A DNA stretch of 41,497 nucleotides, taken from positions 1 to 41,497 of IMG/VR virus record IMGVR_UViG_3300048893_000063; one strand, 5' to 3'. This stretch comes from a virus (taxonomy: Duplodnaviria > Caudoviricetes). Each line of letters opens with the position of its first letter. Within the stretch, counting starts at the first letter, position 1. The notes below the pieces were generated by a model. That model had not been told where the DNA came from and searched no databases. It saw only the letters and a list, made by a program, of their open reading frames with translations. Positions 1 to 9,259 of the stretch are shown piece by piece. A program made the position numbers and the translations under genes.

Positions 1-1
1 G

Positions 2-118
2 ATCGCGCGCGAAGTGAAGGCGCGGCTGACTCGGCCGGATGGCTGGCAGGAAGTCGTGCCGGGTGACGCTTACGTCAGCGTAAAAATTCCGCTGCGCCTG
101 GTGACGGTGAAGAGCTGA
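2..118 (+). CDS. 3' end of hypothetical protein (partial)
   Basis: Open frame IAREVKARLTRPDGW...VTVKS* with GC3-rich codons, ending 4 nt before terS. Confidence 0.5.
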   Translation: MAREVKARLTRPDGWQEVVPGDAYVSVKIPLRLVTVKS

Positions 119-122
119 GACG

Positions 123-713
123 ATGAAACGCGGGCGCAAAGTAAAACCGGACGCGCTGAAGATCGCGCAGGGCAATCCTGGTCGGCGGCCGATCGCGCCG
201 GCGCCGGCGCCGGCGGTCGATGCCGCGGCGAAGGCCGCCGGCCTGGTCGCGCCGGCCGAGCTGACCGACGTCAAGGCGATCGCGATCTGGGCGCGCACGA
301 CCTGGCGCCTGGCTGGTCTTAACTTCATCCAGCCGACCGACGCCGATGCCTTCGCGCGCTACTGCAAATATTTGTCGCTGTGGTATCAGCTCGCCGAGCA
401 GATCGACGTCGACAACCTGGTGATCACGACGAAGTCGGACGCGGTCGAGATGGATCGCCTCGATCGGCGCTTCCAGGCGATGCTGCTGCTCGACAAAAGA
501 CTCGAGGCCCTTGAAGACCGCTTCGGACTCAATCCGCAGGCGCGGCACCAGCTGCTGCGCGACAAGATGGGCCAGCGAAACGCCGGCACCGGCCAGCTGC
601 CGGGCATCGCCGATGCGCCGAAGACCGAAACAAAGGACAAGCCAGCGCCGACGCCGGCGCCGCCTTCGAGCACCAGCTCGATCGGCGCGCTGCGGCGCAC
701 AGACTTGAATTAA
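123..713 (+). CDS. terS: Terminase small subunit (P27-like)
   Basis: MKRGRK..P.ALK..QGNPG.R start and 'FGLNPQAR' motif typical of P27-family TerS; directly upstream of TerL. Confidence 0.9.
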   Translation: MKRGRKVKPDALKIAQGNPGRRPIAPAPAPAVDAAAKAAGLVAPAELTDVKAIAIWARTTWRLAGLNFIQPTDADAFARYCKYLSLWYQLAEQIDVDNLVITTKSDAVEMDRLDRRFQAMLLLDKRLEALEDRFGLNPQARHQLLRDKMGQRNAGTGQLPGIADAPKTETKDKPAPTPAPPSSTSSIGALRRTDLN

Positions 714-717
714 ATTT

Positions 718-2514
718 ATGTCTCGTCGGACGTCGGCCGTGCGCGCCGACGTCGTCGCGCCGCCGATCGCCGCGGTGTCTGCGGCGGCGTTGCAGCTCGC
801 GGCGCCAGAAAATCTAACGCCGATGCCGGCATGGGCAGCTGCCCTGGCCGGCGATCCGATTCACGGCTGGGTCGCGCGCGAATGGAGGCGCGCAGCAGCA
901 ACGCCCGGCGCCTGGTACGACGAGCGCTCGGCCGACGTCGTCGTCGATTTTTTCAGGACGAAGCTGCGGCACACGAAAGGGCGCTGGGCCGGCAAGCCGT
1001 TCGTGCTGCTCGGCTGGGAGGAAGCGATCGTCCGAATGACGTTCGGATGGCATCGCGCCGATCGCACCAGGCTCTTCCGTCGCGTCATCGTCTGGGTCGC
1101 GCGCAAAAACGGCAAGACCGAATTGGCCGCCGGCATCATGCTGGCGATGCTGCTGCTCGATGGCGAATGGGGCGGCGAAGTCTATTCGATCGCGAAAGAC
1201 AAAAAGCAGGCCTCGATCGTCTTCAAGGCCGCGCGCACGATGGTCAACTTCAGCGACGAGCTGAAGAAACAACCGCCAGAAGGTGACGGCCTCGACGTCT
1301 TCTCGACGTCGATCTTCTGCTCGGCGCTCGAAGCGCGCATCGAGCCGCTGTCGGGCGAAGCGGAAGGCAAGCACGGCCTTAACTGTTCGGGCCTGGTCGG
1401 CGACGAAGCGCACGAATGGGACAACGGCGACCTTTACACCTTCGTGCATCAGTCGGAAGGCACGCGCGAGCAGCCGCTCGAATTCATCATTTCGACCGCG
1501 GGCCAGGCGCGGAGGGGCTACGGCTGGGAGCTGTGGGAAGAGTGCCGGCGGATCATCGAGGGCATCTTCAGCGACGCCGAGACGCTCGTCGTCGACTATG
1601 CGGTGCCGGAGAAGATCAACGGCGTCGAGCCGGACTGGCGGCTGCCGGCAACCTGGCGTTGGGCCAATCCTTCGATGGAGGCGCTCGGCCTCGACAAGTA
1701 TCTGGCCCCGGAATGCGAGCGCGCCAAGCAGACACCGGATCGCGAAAACGACTTCCGGCGCTACCATCTGAATCAGTGGACCGGCCAGGCGAAGCGCTGG
1801 CTGCCGATGATCGCCTGGCGCAAGTGCTCTTCCGGCGAGGACGCCTGGAAAAAATTTCCGAAGCTGTGCCGCGGTCGCAAGTGCTTCTCGGCGATCGACC
1901 TGGCTGCGGTCGAGGACATATCGGCGCGCGTCGATCTGTTTCCGCCGGATGACAAGTTCAAGCGCTGGATCGCGATCCCGACCTTCTGGGTGCCGCAGGC
2001 AACCGTCGAGCTGCGATCGAAGCGTCGCGTGCCTTACGAGAATTGGGCGAAGTGGGGCGCGCTGATCGCGACGCCCGGCAACACGATGGACTTCGGCTTC
2101 ATCAAGCAGAACACCATCGAAGCGGCGACGCGATACCTGATGCAGCGGCTGGCGATCGACCGGCTCTTCAACGCGCATCAGATCATGCAGGATTTTCTCG
2201 ACGAAGGTCTGCCCGTTGTCGGTTACGGGCAAGGCTTCCTATCGATGACGCTGCCGTCGAAGGAAATTCTGTCTCTGGTGCTCGACGGTGATCTCGATCA
2301 CGGCGGGCATCCGGTGCTGGCGTGGATGGCGGACAATGTCGCGATCCGAAAGGACGCGGCGGGCTGCATCAAACCGGACAAGGAAACGTCGTCAGACAAG
2401 ATCGACGGCATGGTCGCGCTGATCATGGCGAAGGGCGTCGGCTCGCAGGCTGTGGCGCCGGCGCCCGACATTGACGCCTTCCTCGCTAACCCGGTCATCA
2501 TAAGGGCAAGCTAA
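718..2514 (+). CDS. terL: Terminase large subunit
   Basis: Walker A ARKNGKT, Walker B LVGDEAH, IISTAG motif, nuclease IDLA and KIDGMVA motifs. Confidence 0.97.
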   Translation: MSRRTSAVRADVVAPPIAAVSAAALQLAAPENLTPMPAWAAALAGDPIHGWVAREWRRAAATPGAWYDERSADVVVDFFRTKLRHTKGRWAGKPFVLLGWEEAIVRMTFGWHRADRTRLFRRVIVWVARKNGKTELAAGIMLAMLLLDGEWGGEVYSIAKDKKQASIVFKAARTMVNFSDELKKQPPEGDGLDVFSTSIFCSALEARIEPLSGEAEGKHGLNCSGLVGDEAHEWDNGDLYTFVHQSEGTREQPLEFIISTAGQARRGYGWELWEECRRIIEGIFSDAETLVVDYAVPEKINGVEPDWRLPATWRWANPSMEALGLDKYLAPECERAKQTPDRENDFRRYHLNQWTGQAKRWLPMIAWRKCSSGEDAWKKFPKLCRGRKCFSAIDLAAVEDISARVDLFPPDDKFKRWIAIPTFWVPQATVELRSKRRVPYENWAKWGALIATPGNTMDFGFIKQNTIEAATRYLMQRLAIDRLFNAHQIMQDFLDEGLPVVGYGQGFLSMTLPSKEILSLVLDGDLDHGGHPVLAWMADNVAIRKDAAGCIKPDKETSSDKIDGMVALIMAKGVGSQAVAPAPDIDAFLANPVIIRAS

Positions 2515-3785
2515 TGAATCTGCTGCTCGGCTGGCTCGGCCGCAAAATCGGCCTTACGGATGGCGCCTTCTGGGGCGCATATTTCGGCGGCGAAACCTGG
2601 ACCGGGAAGCCCGTCACGCCGCAAGGCGCGATGAAGCTGTCGGCATGGTTCGCCGGAGTGCGCCTGACGGCGCAGACGATCGCGTCGCTGCCCGGCTCGA
2701 TGTATGAGCGCAACAGCAGCGGCGATAAGGTGCCGGTGACGCAGCACGACATGCACTGGATGCTGCACGACTCGCCGAATGCCGATCAGACCGCGATGGA
2801 ATTCTGGGAAGGCCAGGGCGCCGGCCTGGCGATTGTCGGCAACGCCTATGCCGAGAAGGTTTTCAACGGCGCCGGCGACGTCATCGCGCTGAATACGATG
2901 CCATTCGAGACGACCAGGCCGCAGCGCCAGGCTGACGGATCGCTGCGTTATCCGTTCATGGACCGCGGCAAGGCCGGCTGGCTGCCGGAAGAGAAGGTCT
3001 TTCACACGCGCGGCTTCGGCACCGGCGGCGATCTCGGCCTTTCGCCAGTCGCCGCTGCAGGGTCAGCATTAAGCGGCGCGCTGGCGACCGAAGAGGCCTC
3101 GGCGAAAATGTTCGGCAAGGGCATGCGCGCCGCCGGCTTCATGCTGTCGCCGACGACGCTGACGACGCCGCAGCGCGACCAGCTGCACAAGAACGTCATC
3201 GATCCGATCACCGGGCCGGATGGCGAAGGCGCGGTCGGCGTGCTCGAAGCCGGCTTCAAGTGGCAGCCGGCGAACATTCCGCCGAAGGACGCCGAAATGA
3301 TCCTGTCGCGGCGTTTCAACGTCGACGACGTCTGTCGCTGGCTCGGCATTCCGCCGATCCTGGTCGGACACGCCGGCGAAGGTCAGACCATGTGGGGCAC
3401 CGGCGTCGAGCAGATCATGCTCGCCTGGCTGACGCTCGGCCTGCGGCCGTACCTGGTGCGCATCGAGCAGTCGATCCGCAAGCGGCTGATCGCGCCGGCC
3501 GATCAGCGCCGGCTGTTTTGGGAATTCAACATCGAGGGCCTGCTGCGCGGCGACAGCGCGGCGCGCGGCGAGTTTTACAGCAAGCTGTTCCAGGTCGGCG
3601 CCATCAATCCCAATCTGATCGCGTCGAAGGAAAACCTGCCGAAGCCAAACGGCGGCGAGCAATACTTCGTCAATTCCACCTATGTGCCGATCGAGGAAGC
3701 CGGGCAGCTGGTGCGATCGCTGCCGACGCCGGCGGCCGATCCCGGCAAGCCGTCGAAGCCTGCGAGACCGCCTGGAGGACTCTAG
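2514..3785 (+). CDS. HK97-family portal protein
   Basis: SPNADQTAMEFWE, GNAYA, VFHTRGF..G.SPV, FNIEGLLRGD motifs; follows TerL. Confidence 0.96.
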   Translation: MNLLLGWLGRKIGLTDGAFWGAYFGGETWTGKPVTPQGAMKLSAWFAGVRLTAQTIASLPGSMYERNSSGDKVPVTQHDMHWMLHDSPNADQTAMEFWEGQGAGLAIVGNAYAEKVFNGAGDVIALNTMPFETTRPQRQADGSLRYPFMDRGKAGWLPEEKVFHTRGFGTGGDLGLSPVAAAGSALSGALATEEASAKMFGKGMRAAGFMLSPTTLTTPQRDQLHKNVIDPITGPDGEGAVGVLEAGFKWQPANIPPKDAEMILSRRFNVDDVCRWLGIPPILVGHAGEGQTMWGTGVEQIMLAWLTLGLRPYLVRIEQSIRKRLIAPADQRRLFWEFNIEGLLRGDSAARGEFYSKLFQVGAINPNLIASKENLPKPNGGEQYFVNSTYVPIEEAGQLVRSLPTPAADPGKPSKPARPPGGL

Positions 3786-3787
3786 CG

Positions 3788-4924
3788 ATGAAATATCTTC
3801 ACGTGATCCAAGCTTGCGCGGCCGAGCCGTGGGCCATGCATTCGGCGAAGCTGCGCGCCGTCGTCGACGTGCTCGCCTTCCAGGCCTACGGCGGCAAGCT
3901 CGACGACACCGAGATCGAGGCGCGCGTCAGCGATCGTCGCGCCAACGATGTGACGCGCGCGCCTGGCGCCGTCGCGATCCTGCCGATCTATGGAATTCTT
4001 TCGCAGCGTCAGAACATGATGCAGGCGACCAGCGGCGGCACGTCGGTCGAGATCGCGCAGCAGGCCTTCCGCACCTTGATGGCCGACGACCAGGTGAAGG
4101 CCACCGTGATGAATTTCGACTCGCCGGGCGGCATGTCGAATGGCATCGAGGAATTTTCGCAGGAAATTTTCAACGCGCGCGGCATCAAGCCGATCGTCGC
4201 ACAGGTCGACTCGACCGCGGCGAGCGCGGCGCTGTGGCTCGCGAGCGCCTGCGACGAGATCGTCTGCACGCCTGGCGGATCGGTCGGATCGGTCGGCGTC
4301 TTCGCGGTTCACGAGGAAATGTCGAAGGCGCTGGAGTCCGAAGGCATCACGCGCACGCTGATCAGCTCGGGCGGCATCAAGGGGACGATCAACGACTTCA
4401 TGCCGCTGTCCGAAGAGGCAAAGGCCGAGATCGCGAGCCGCGTCGCCTACGTCGACGGCCTCTTCGTCAAGGCGCTGGCGCGCAATCGCGGCGTGGCGCA
4501 GTCGGCCGTGCCGGATCAGTTCGGCCGCGGCGAAATGTTCTCGCCGAAAGCCGCGCTCGACCGCGGCCTGATCGACCGCATCGCGCCGCTGTCGGAAACG
4601 CTCGCGCGCTTCGGCGCCGCGGCGCCGATGCTGCAGCGTCGCGGCGCCGTCACGTCGCTGCGCGCCGCAGCTGCGGCCGGCGACTTCAGCGATATTCCAC
4701 CTTCGACTGTCGAGGACGCGATGCGCGATGCATTCGGTCTGTCGAAGTCGCAAGCCGCGGCCAGCGCCGGCCACGTCTTGAAAGCGCTTCGCCGGGGCGA
4801 TCCCGACGAAGGCCGGAGCGAATCCGGTGACCAGCCGGCGCAACAGACTGCACCAACGCCTGCGGCAAGCGACCTGATCGCCCGGATCAGCGCTTCAGCA
4901 GCAGGATTTTCAAAACAAGGATGA
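3788..4924 (+). CDS. Prohead protease, S49 (SppA/ClpP-like) family
   Basis: DSPGG, AASAALWLASACDEI, VGSVGV motifs; ATG 3788 just after portal stop (the longer ORF from 3260 is overlap). Confidence 0.92.
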   Translation: MKYLHVIQACAAEPWAMHSAKLRAVVDVLAFQAYGGKLDDTEIEARVSDRRANDVTRAPGAVAILPIYGILSQRQNMMQATSGGTSVEIAQQAFRTLMADDQVKATVMNFDSPGGMSNGIEEFSQEIFNARGIKPIVAQVDSTAASAALWLASACDEIVCTPGGSVGSVGVFAVHEEMSKALESEGITRTLISSGGIKGTINDFMPLSEEAKAEIASRVAYVDGLFVKALARNRGVAQSAVPDQFGRGEMFSPKAALDRGLIDRIAPLSETLARFGAAAPMLQRRGAVTSLRAAAAAGDFSDIPPSTVEDAMRDAFGLSKSQAAASAGHVLKALRRGDPDEGRSESGDQPAQQTAPTPAASDLIARISASAAGFSKQG

Positions 4925-4931
4925 AACGAGC

Positions 4932-6281
4932 ATGAATCGTTTTCTGAAGATTGGCACCGGCCTCTGCCTGGTGCTCGCATTGGTCGCGATCGTCGCGATC
5001 ATTGCGCAGACGTCGCCCGGCGAGCTGCTCACCGCCGGCAGTGTGCTTGCCAATGCACCGGCGCCGCTCGCTGCCGACTGGCAACGCGAGCTGCAGGCGG
5101 TTAATGCCGCCTTCGAGACTCGCGACAAGGAATTGCGCGCGCTCGTCGAGAAGGGCAATTCCGAAGTTGCGGCAACCGGCAAGATTGCCGGCGAGACGCA
5201 GGCCGCGCTGCAGGCGCTCGTCGCCGATGGCACGAAACTGCAGGCGCGGCTGCTCGACGTCGAGCAGAAGCTTGGCCGGCGCAACGCCGGCGGCGGCGCG
5301 CAGGCCGTCGACTTCGATGCGCTCTTCGCCGAGCACAAAGGCCTTCAGCAACTGAAGGCGGGCCAGAGCCGTTCGGCGCGCATCGAGCTGACTCGCCATC
5401 AGCTGATGCACGGCGACATGCACGCTTCGATAACGTCGCTGCCGTCTTCCGCCGGTGACCTGATCGTCCCCGATCGGCGGCCTGGCATCCTGACGCCGGC
5501 CGAGCGCGGCTTCACCGTGCGCAACCTGGTGATGCCGGGCCGCACCGCATCGAACGCGATCGAGTTCGTGCAGGAAACCGGCTTCACCAACAACGCCGAC
5601 ACGGTGTCGGAAGGGGTGCTGAAGCCGGAGTCGCAGCTCACGTTCTCGATGGAGACTCGCGCGGTGCGCACCATCGCGCACTGGGTCAAAGCGTCGAAAC
5701 AGATTCTCGACGACGTGCCGCAGCTGCTCTCGTATGTGTCGGGCCGCCTGCGTTACGGCCTGGCTTACAAGGAAGAGCTGCAGCTCCTGCTCGGCGCCGG
5801 CACCGGCACCGATCTCGACGGTCTGAAGACCAACGCGACGGCCTATGACACTGCGCTGACCAAGGCCGGCGACACGAAGATCGACGTGATCCGCCACGCG
5901 ATCACGCAAGTGCGCGTCGCCGAGTACGCGGCGACCGGCGTCGTCATCAATCCTTACGATTGGGACGACATCGAAACCGAGAAGGATGACAACGGCCGTT
6001 ATATCTGGGCCAACGTCAACCTGAGCGGCGAGCAGCGTCTCTGGCGCCTGCCCGTGATCGACACGATGGCGATGCCGCGGGGTGAATTCCTCGTCGGTGC
6101 GTTCACGCCGGCGGCGCAGATTTTCGATCGCGAAGATGCCAGCGTCGTCGTGTCCAGCGAAGATCAGGACAACCTGGTCAAGAACATGGTCACGATCCTG
6201 GTCGAAGAGCGTCTCGTGCAGGCGATCTACCGGCCGGAAGCGATGGTCGAAGGCGATTATTCGCAGGCCAGCGGCGGCTGA
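4932..6281 (+). CDS. Major capsid protein, HK97 fold, with hydrophobic N-terminal extension
   Basis: V.EG.LKPES, TIAHWVKASKQILDD, LWRLPVI, KNMVTILVEERL motifs; coiled-coil delta-like N-terminal region. Confidence 0.96.
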   Translation: MNRFLKIGTGLCLVLALVAIVAIIAQTSPGELLTAGSVLANAPAPLAADWQRELQAVNAAFETRDKELRALVEKGNSEVAATGKIAGETQAALQALVADGTKLQARLLDVEQKLGRRNAGGGAQAVDFDALFAEHKGLQQLKAGQSRSARIELTRHQLMHGDMHASITSLPSSAGDLIVPDRRPGILTPAERGFTVRNLVMPGRTASNAIEFVQETGFTNNADTVSEGVLKPESQLTFSMETRAVRTIAHWVKASKQILDDVPQLLSYVSGRLRYGLAYKEELQLLLGAGTGTDLDGLKTNATAYDTALTKAGDTKIDVIRHAITQVRVAEYAATGVVINPYDWDDIETEKDDNGRYIWANVNLSGEQRLWRLPVIDTMAMPRGEFLVGAFTPAAQIFDREDASVVVSSEDQDNLVKNMVTILVEERLVQAIYRPEAMVEGDYSQASGG

Positions 6282-6310
6282 TAACCCCTACCGCAGACCA
6301 ATCGTCAGGG

Positions 6311-6338
6311 CGGCTCGGCAGCAATGCCGGGCCGTTTT
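6311..6338 (+). terminator. Intrinsic terminator after capsid gene
   Basis: CGGCTCGGCA-GCAA-TGCCGGGCCG hairpin followed by TTTT. Confidence 0.75.
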
Positions 6339-6389
6339 GCTTTGTAAGGGTAAGGGTGTGCTGTGCGTTCAACCTGGAGAAATTTTCCC

Positions 6390-6737
6390 ATGATGAAGAT
6401 GAAGGCGCTAAAAACTTTTCTCGGCCGTCCCGGCGAGGGCGAAGGCATCGACAACACGGTGCGCAAGGGCAAAGAGTTTTCCGTCGCCACGGAGCAGCGC
6501 GCGGTCGAGCTGGAGAAGATCGGCTGCGCGCAGCGGCTGAAGGGGCAGGGGCGGCCGGCGCGGCCGGCGCCGGCGAAGGCGAACACGGCCGCGGGCGCAG
6601 GCCCTTTGCATTCAGCTGGTGGCAAGACTGGCGAGGCTGCGTCGCCATCGTCGTCGCTGCCGGGCCTTCAGCCGCCGGTGCCCGTGAAGCGCTCGCCAAA
6701 GCGTCGCGGCGTAAGGGCCGGCGCCGCCCGCGACTGA
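6390..6737 (+). CDS. Small post-capsid (head accessory-like) protein; zero-frame product of a putative frameshift gene
   Basis: GGAGA RBS; MKMKALKTF...G.EF.V....A.EL...G.A pattern common in genes after capsid genes; low-complexity Ser/Pro/Arg tail. Confidence 0.75.
   Translation: MMKMKALKTFLGRPGEGEGIDNTVRKGKEFSVATEQRAVELEKIGCAQRLKGQGRPARPAPAKANTAAGAGPLHSAGGKTGEAASPSSSLPGLQPPVPVKRSPKRRGVRAGAARD
6602..6608 (+). other. Putative -1 frameshift slippery heptamer C_CCT_TTG
   Basis: X_XXY_YYZ in phase with ORF 6390; the -1 frame opens directly into the GT-like domain (PFAFSWWQDW...). Confidence 0.7.
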
Positions 6738-7240
6738 TCGTCGTCAACGAAAGCTGGCGCCTGGCGCCGTTCGCAGATGTCCTTTACGGCTGCGACGGCG
6801 CCTGGTGGCGCAAGCGCGGCGGCGTGCCGGAATTCGCCGGCACGAAGCTGACGCAGGATGCGAAAGCGGCCTGCGACTTTCCCGATCTGCACAAGGTCGA
6901 CGTGCGCAAGGGTGCCGATCGCATCCTGACCGACCATGCCGGAGCGATCGGCGACGGCGGCAACTCCGGCTTTCAGGCGATCAACGTCGCGGCGCAATTC
7001 GGGCCGCGGCGCCTGGTGCTGCTCGGCTTCGACATGCGCATCGATCGCGGCGCGCACTGGCACGGCCGCCATCCGCCGGGCTTGAACAATCCGACCGATC
7101 GCAACCTGGTGCGCTGGCGCCTGGTGATCGACCGATCGGCTGCGGAGCTTGCCGCGCTCGGCATCGAGGTCGTGAACGCCAGCCCCGTGTCGCTGCTGAA
7201 CGCCTTTCCCGTCATGTCGATCGAGGACGCGCTAAAATGA
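6602..7240 (+). CDS. Maf/DUF115 (MptE-like) glycosyltransferase-like domain, probably expressed as a frameshift fusion (6390..7240, ~283 aa)
   Basis: IVVAAGPS, IVVNES, YGCD, NSGFQAINVAAQFG..RLVLLGFD, EVVNASP motifs; no in-frame ATG/GTG/TTG near the domain start. Confidence 0.75.
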   Translation, partial: PFAFSWWQDWRGCVAIVVAAGPSAAGAREALAKASRRKGRRRPRLIVVNESWRLAPFADVLYGCDGAWWRKRGGVPEFAGTKLTQDAKAACDFPDLHKVDVRKGADRILTDHAGAIGDGGNSGFQAINVAAQFGPRRLVLLGFDMRIDRGAHWHGRHPPGLNNPTDRNLVRWRLVIDRSAAELAALGIEVVNASPVSLLNAFPVMSIEDALK

Positions 7241-7440
7241 CACACGATCTAAGCGACAAGCAGCTGCGCACCCTGCGCGATCGCTGCGAGCCAGGCTTAA
7301 AGCAGGGCGCGCTGCATGCGCCGCGCGATCCGGTGCAGTGTTTCGCCTATGTGATGCTTTCGTGCTTCGCCATGTCGGTCGACGTCGAGATCGCGCGGCG
7401 GGCCGAGCGCAGCGCTGCCGAGCAGGCGCGCAACAAATGA
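7237..7440 (+). CDS. Hypothetical protein
   Basis: ATGA overlaps with neighbours at both ends; 67 aa. Confidence 0.6.
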   Translation: MTHDLSDKQLRTLRDRCEPGLKQGALHAPRDPVQCFAYVMLSCFAMSVDVEIARRAERSAAEQARNK

Positions 7441-8069
7441 CCGGCACCCTGGCAAAAATCCTGGCGCCGACGTCATGGCCTTTGAGTCAGGCCGATGCGC
7501 GCGCCTTCGTCGTGATCGACGACGAGGACGCCGATCACCTGCGCGTGCTCGACATGGCGATCCGCGCAGCAACGCAGTATTGCGAGACGCGCAGCGGCCT
7601 GACGGCGCAGCGCACGACCTACCAGCTGCGGCTCGACCATTGGCCGCATTGCGATCCGCGGCGGTTCGATCACGGCGACACCAGCGCCGACATTCTGCTG
7701 ACTGCGGCGCCGGTGCGCGACGTGCTGTCGGTGACCTATGTCGATCCTGACGGCATCGAGCAGACCGTCAGCGACGCCGACTGGACCTGGGAGCGCACGC
7801 CGGAAGGCGCAACGGTGTCGCTGGCCGCCGGCTTCAGTCGGCCGACGCTGCGATCGAACCGCAAGGGCGTCGTGCGCGTGCTGTTCGACGCCGGCTTCGA
7901 CACGCCAGGCGAAAGCGGCAGCGGCGACGATCCGGAGCTGCAGCTGCCGGAGCAATTCATCATGGCGGTCGCGCAGCTCGTCGGCCACTTTTACGAAAAG
8001 CGCGACGCCGGCGGCGACGATATGAAGGCGGCCGATTGTCTGATCGACCAGGTGAAGGTTTATCGCTGA
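7437..8069 (+). CDS. Head-tail connector (gp6/phiE125 gp8-like)
   Basis: PLS..DARAF...D, AATQYCE...G, SVTYVDPDG..QT, F.AGF, LPE....AV.QLVGHFYE.R. Confidence 0.9.
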   Translation: MTGTLAKILAPTSWPLSQADARAFVVIDDEDADHLRVLDMAIRAATQYCETRSGLTAQRTTYQLRLDHWPHCDPRRFDHGDTSADILLTAAPVRDVLSVTYVDPDGIEQTVSDADWTWERTPEGATVSLAAGFSRPTLRSNRKGVVRVLFDAGFDTPGESGSGDDPELQLPEQFIMAVAQLVGHFYEKRDAGGDDMKAADCLIDQVKVYR

Positions 8070-9259
8070 TGAAATATCCGCATGTGATCACCGAGGCGCG
8101 CACCTTGGCGCTGCTGCACGACGGCCACTCGATCGCGCGCTTCGGCGACGGCGAGCTGCGGCTGGCGATCGGCAAGGAATGCACCAGCCAGCGTCGCGTG
8201 CCGGGCCTGGCCGAAGAGCTGCGCGCGATGCTTCAGGCGCCGCGGAATTGCCTGATCGGAATTCCCAACTTTGCGCAGACGCCGAAGGCCGAAAACTGGA
8301 CGCGCTACGCCGGCGAGCAGTTCACGCGGCTCTATGGCGCGAAGGAATATGCTTCGAGTTTCATCACCAGGCCGGACTCGGCGCCGTGGATCGATACGCC
8401 GGAATACTGGGCCGAGGTGCGCCGGCTCTGGGCCGGCCGCGACGTCATCCTGGTGCGAGGCGACGAGAAGTCGATCACGCCGGCGATGCTCGATGGCTCG
8501 GCCGCCAGCGTGCGGATCGTCGACGGGCCGCGGCAACACGCCTATGCGGACATTGACGCGATCGAGAAGGCGATCCTGAAGGCCGCGGGCGACGTCGCGC
8601 AGCAGTTGCACAGTGCGCCGCTGGTGATCCTGTGCCTCGGCGCGACCGCGACGGCGCTCGCCTATCGCCTGGCGCAGAAGCCAGGCCTGCAGGCCGTTGA
8701 TCTGGGTCATATCGGCATGTTCATGCGCCACGCCGGCGCCTATCGCTATCTGGCCGGCGATCTGGTGTCGGCCGACTATCGGGAGCAGCTCGAAATTCTG
8801 CACAGCTCGGCGCGGAAGTGGGGAACGGACGGCGCCAAGCATGCAGAAAAGGTGCTGCAGCTCGTCGACGAACTGGGCGCGAAAACGATCCTCGACTATG
8901 GCTGCGGCAAGGGCCGGCTGGCGGAGGCGATCGCGCCGGTGCGGGTGCAGGGCTACGATCCCGGCATTCCAGAGCGCGCCGGCATGCCGAAGCCGTGCGA
9001 TCTCGTCGTCTGCACCGACGTGCTGGAGCACGTCGAGCCGGATCGATTGCCGGCGGTGCTCGATCATATCGGCCGCCTGGCCGGCAAGGCCGCTTATCTG
9101 GTGATCTCGACGCGCGAAGCGCTGGCGATGCTGCCTGACGGCCGCAATGCGCACCTGATCGTTCGGCCGGGGTGCTGGTGGGTCAACGTCTGCCGCGCGA
9201 TGGGCGAGGTCGAGGCCGAGATCGACGGCAAAGAGGTTCGGCTGTGCATCCGCAAGTAA
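8069..9259 (+). CDS. GT-D fold (DUF1792-like) glycosyltransferase fused to class I SAM methyltransferase
   Basis: N-term SIARFGDGE, LIGIP, SSFITRP, LCLGATAT, AVDLGHI; C-term ILDYGCGKG, CTDVLEHV, DGRNAHL. Confidence 0.85.
   Translation: MKYPHVITEARTLALLHDGHSIARFGDGELRLAIGKECTSQRRVPGLAEELRAMLQAPRNCLIGIPNFAQTPKAENWTRYAGEQFTRLYGAKEYASSFITRPDSAPWIDTPEYWAEVRRLWAGRDVILVRGDEKSITPAMLDGSAASVRIVDGPRQHAYADIDAIEKAILKAAGDVAQQLHSAPLVILCLGATATALAYRLAQKPGLQAVDLGHIGMFMRHAGAYRYLAGDLVSADYREQLEILHSSARKWGTDGAKHAEKVLQLVDELGAKTILDYGCGKGRLAEAIAPVRVQGYDPGIPERAGMPKPCDLVVCTDVLEHVEPDRLPAVLDHIGRLAGKAAYLVISTREALAMLPDGRNAHLIVRPGCWWVNVCRAMGEVEAEIDGKEVRLCIRK

Noticed and set aside
195-215. GCGCCG microsatellite-like runs (also near 28230-28250)
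   Set aside because: They encode Ala-Pro linkers; no sign of phase variation
3260-3787. 554-aa protease ORF starting inside portal
   Set aside because: Upstream part is off-frame portal sequence; real start is ATG 3788
6356-6601. GTG start for a 294-aa GT ORF
   Set aside because: Leader reads as a shadow of ORF 6390, which has the better RBS and protein-like sequence; frameshift is more parsimonious, though not proven
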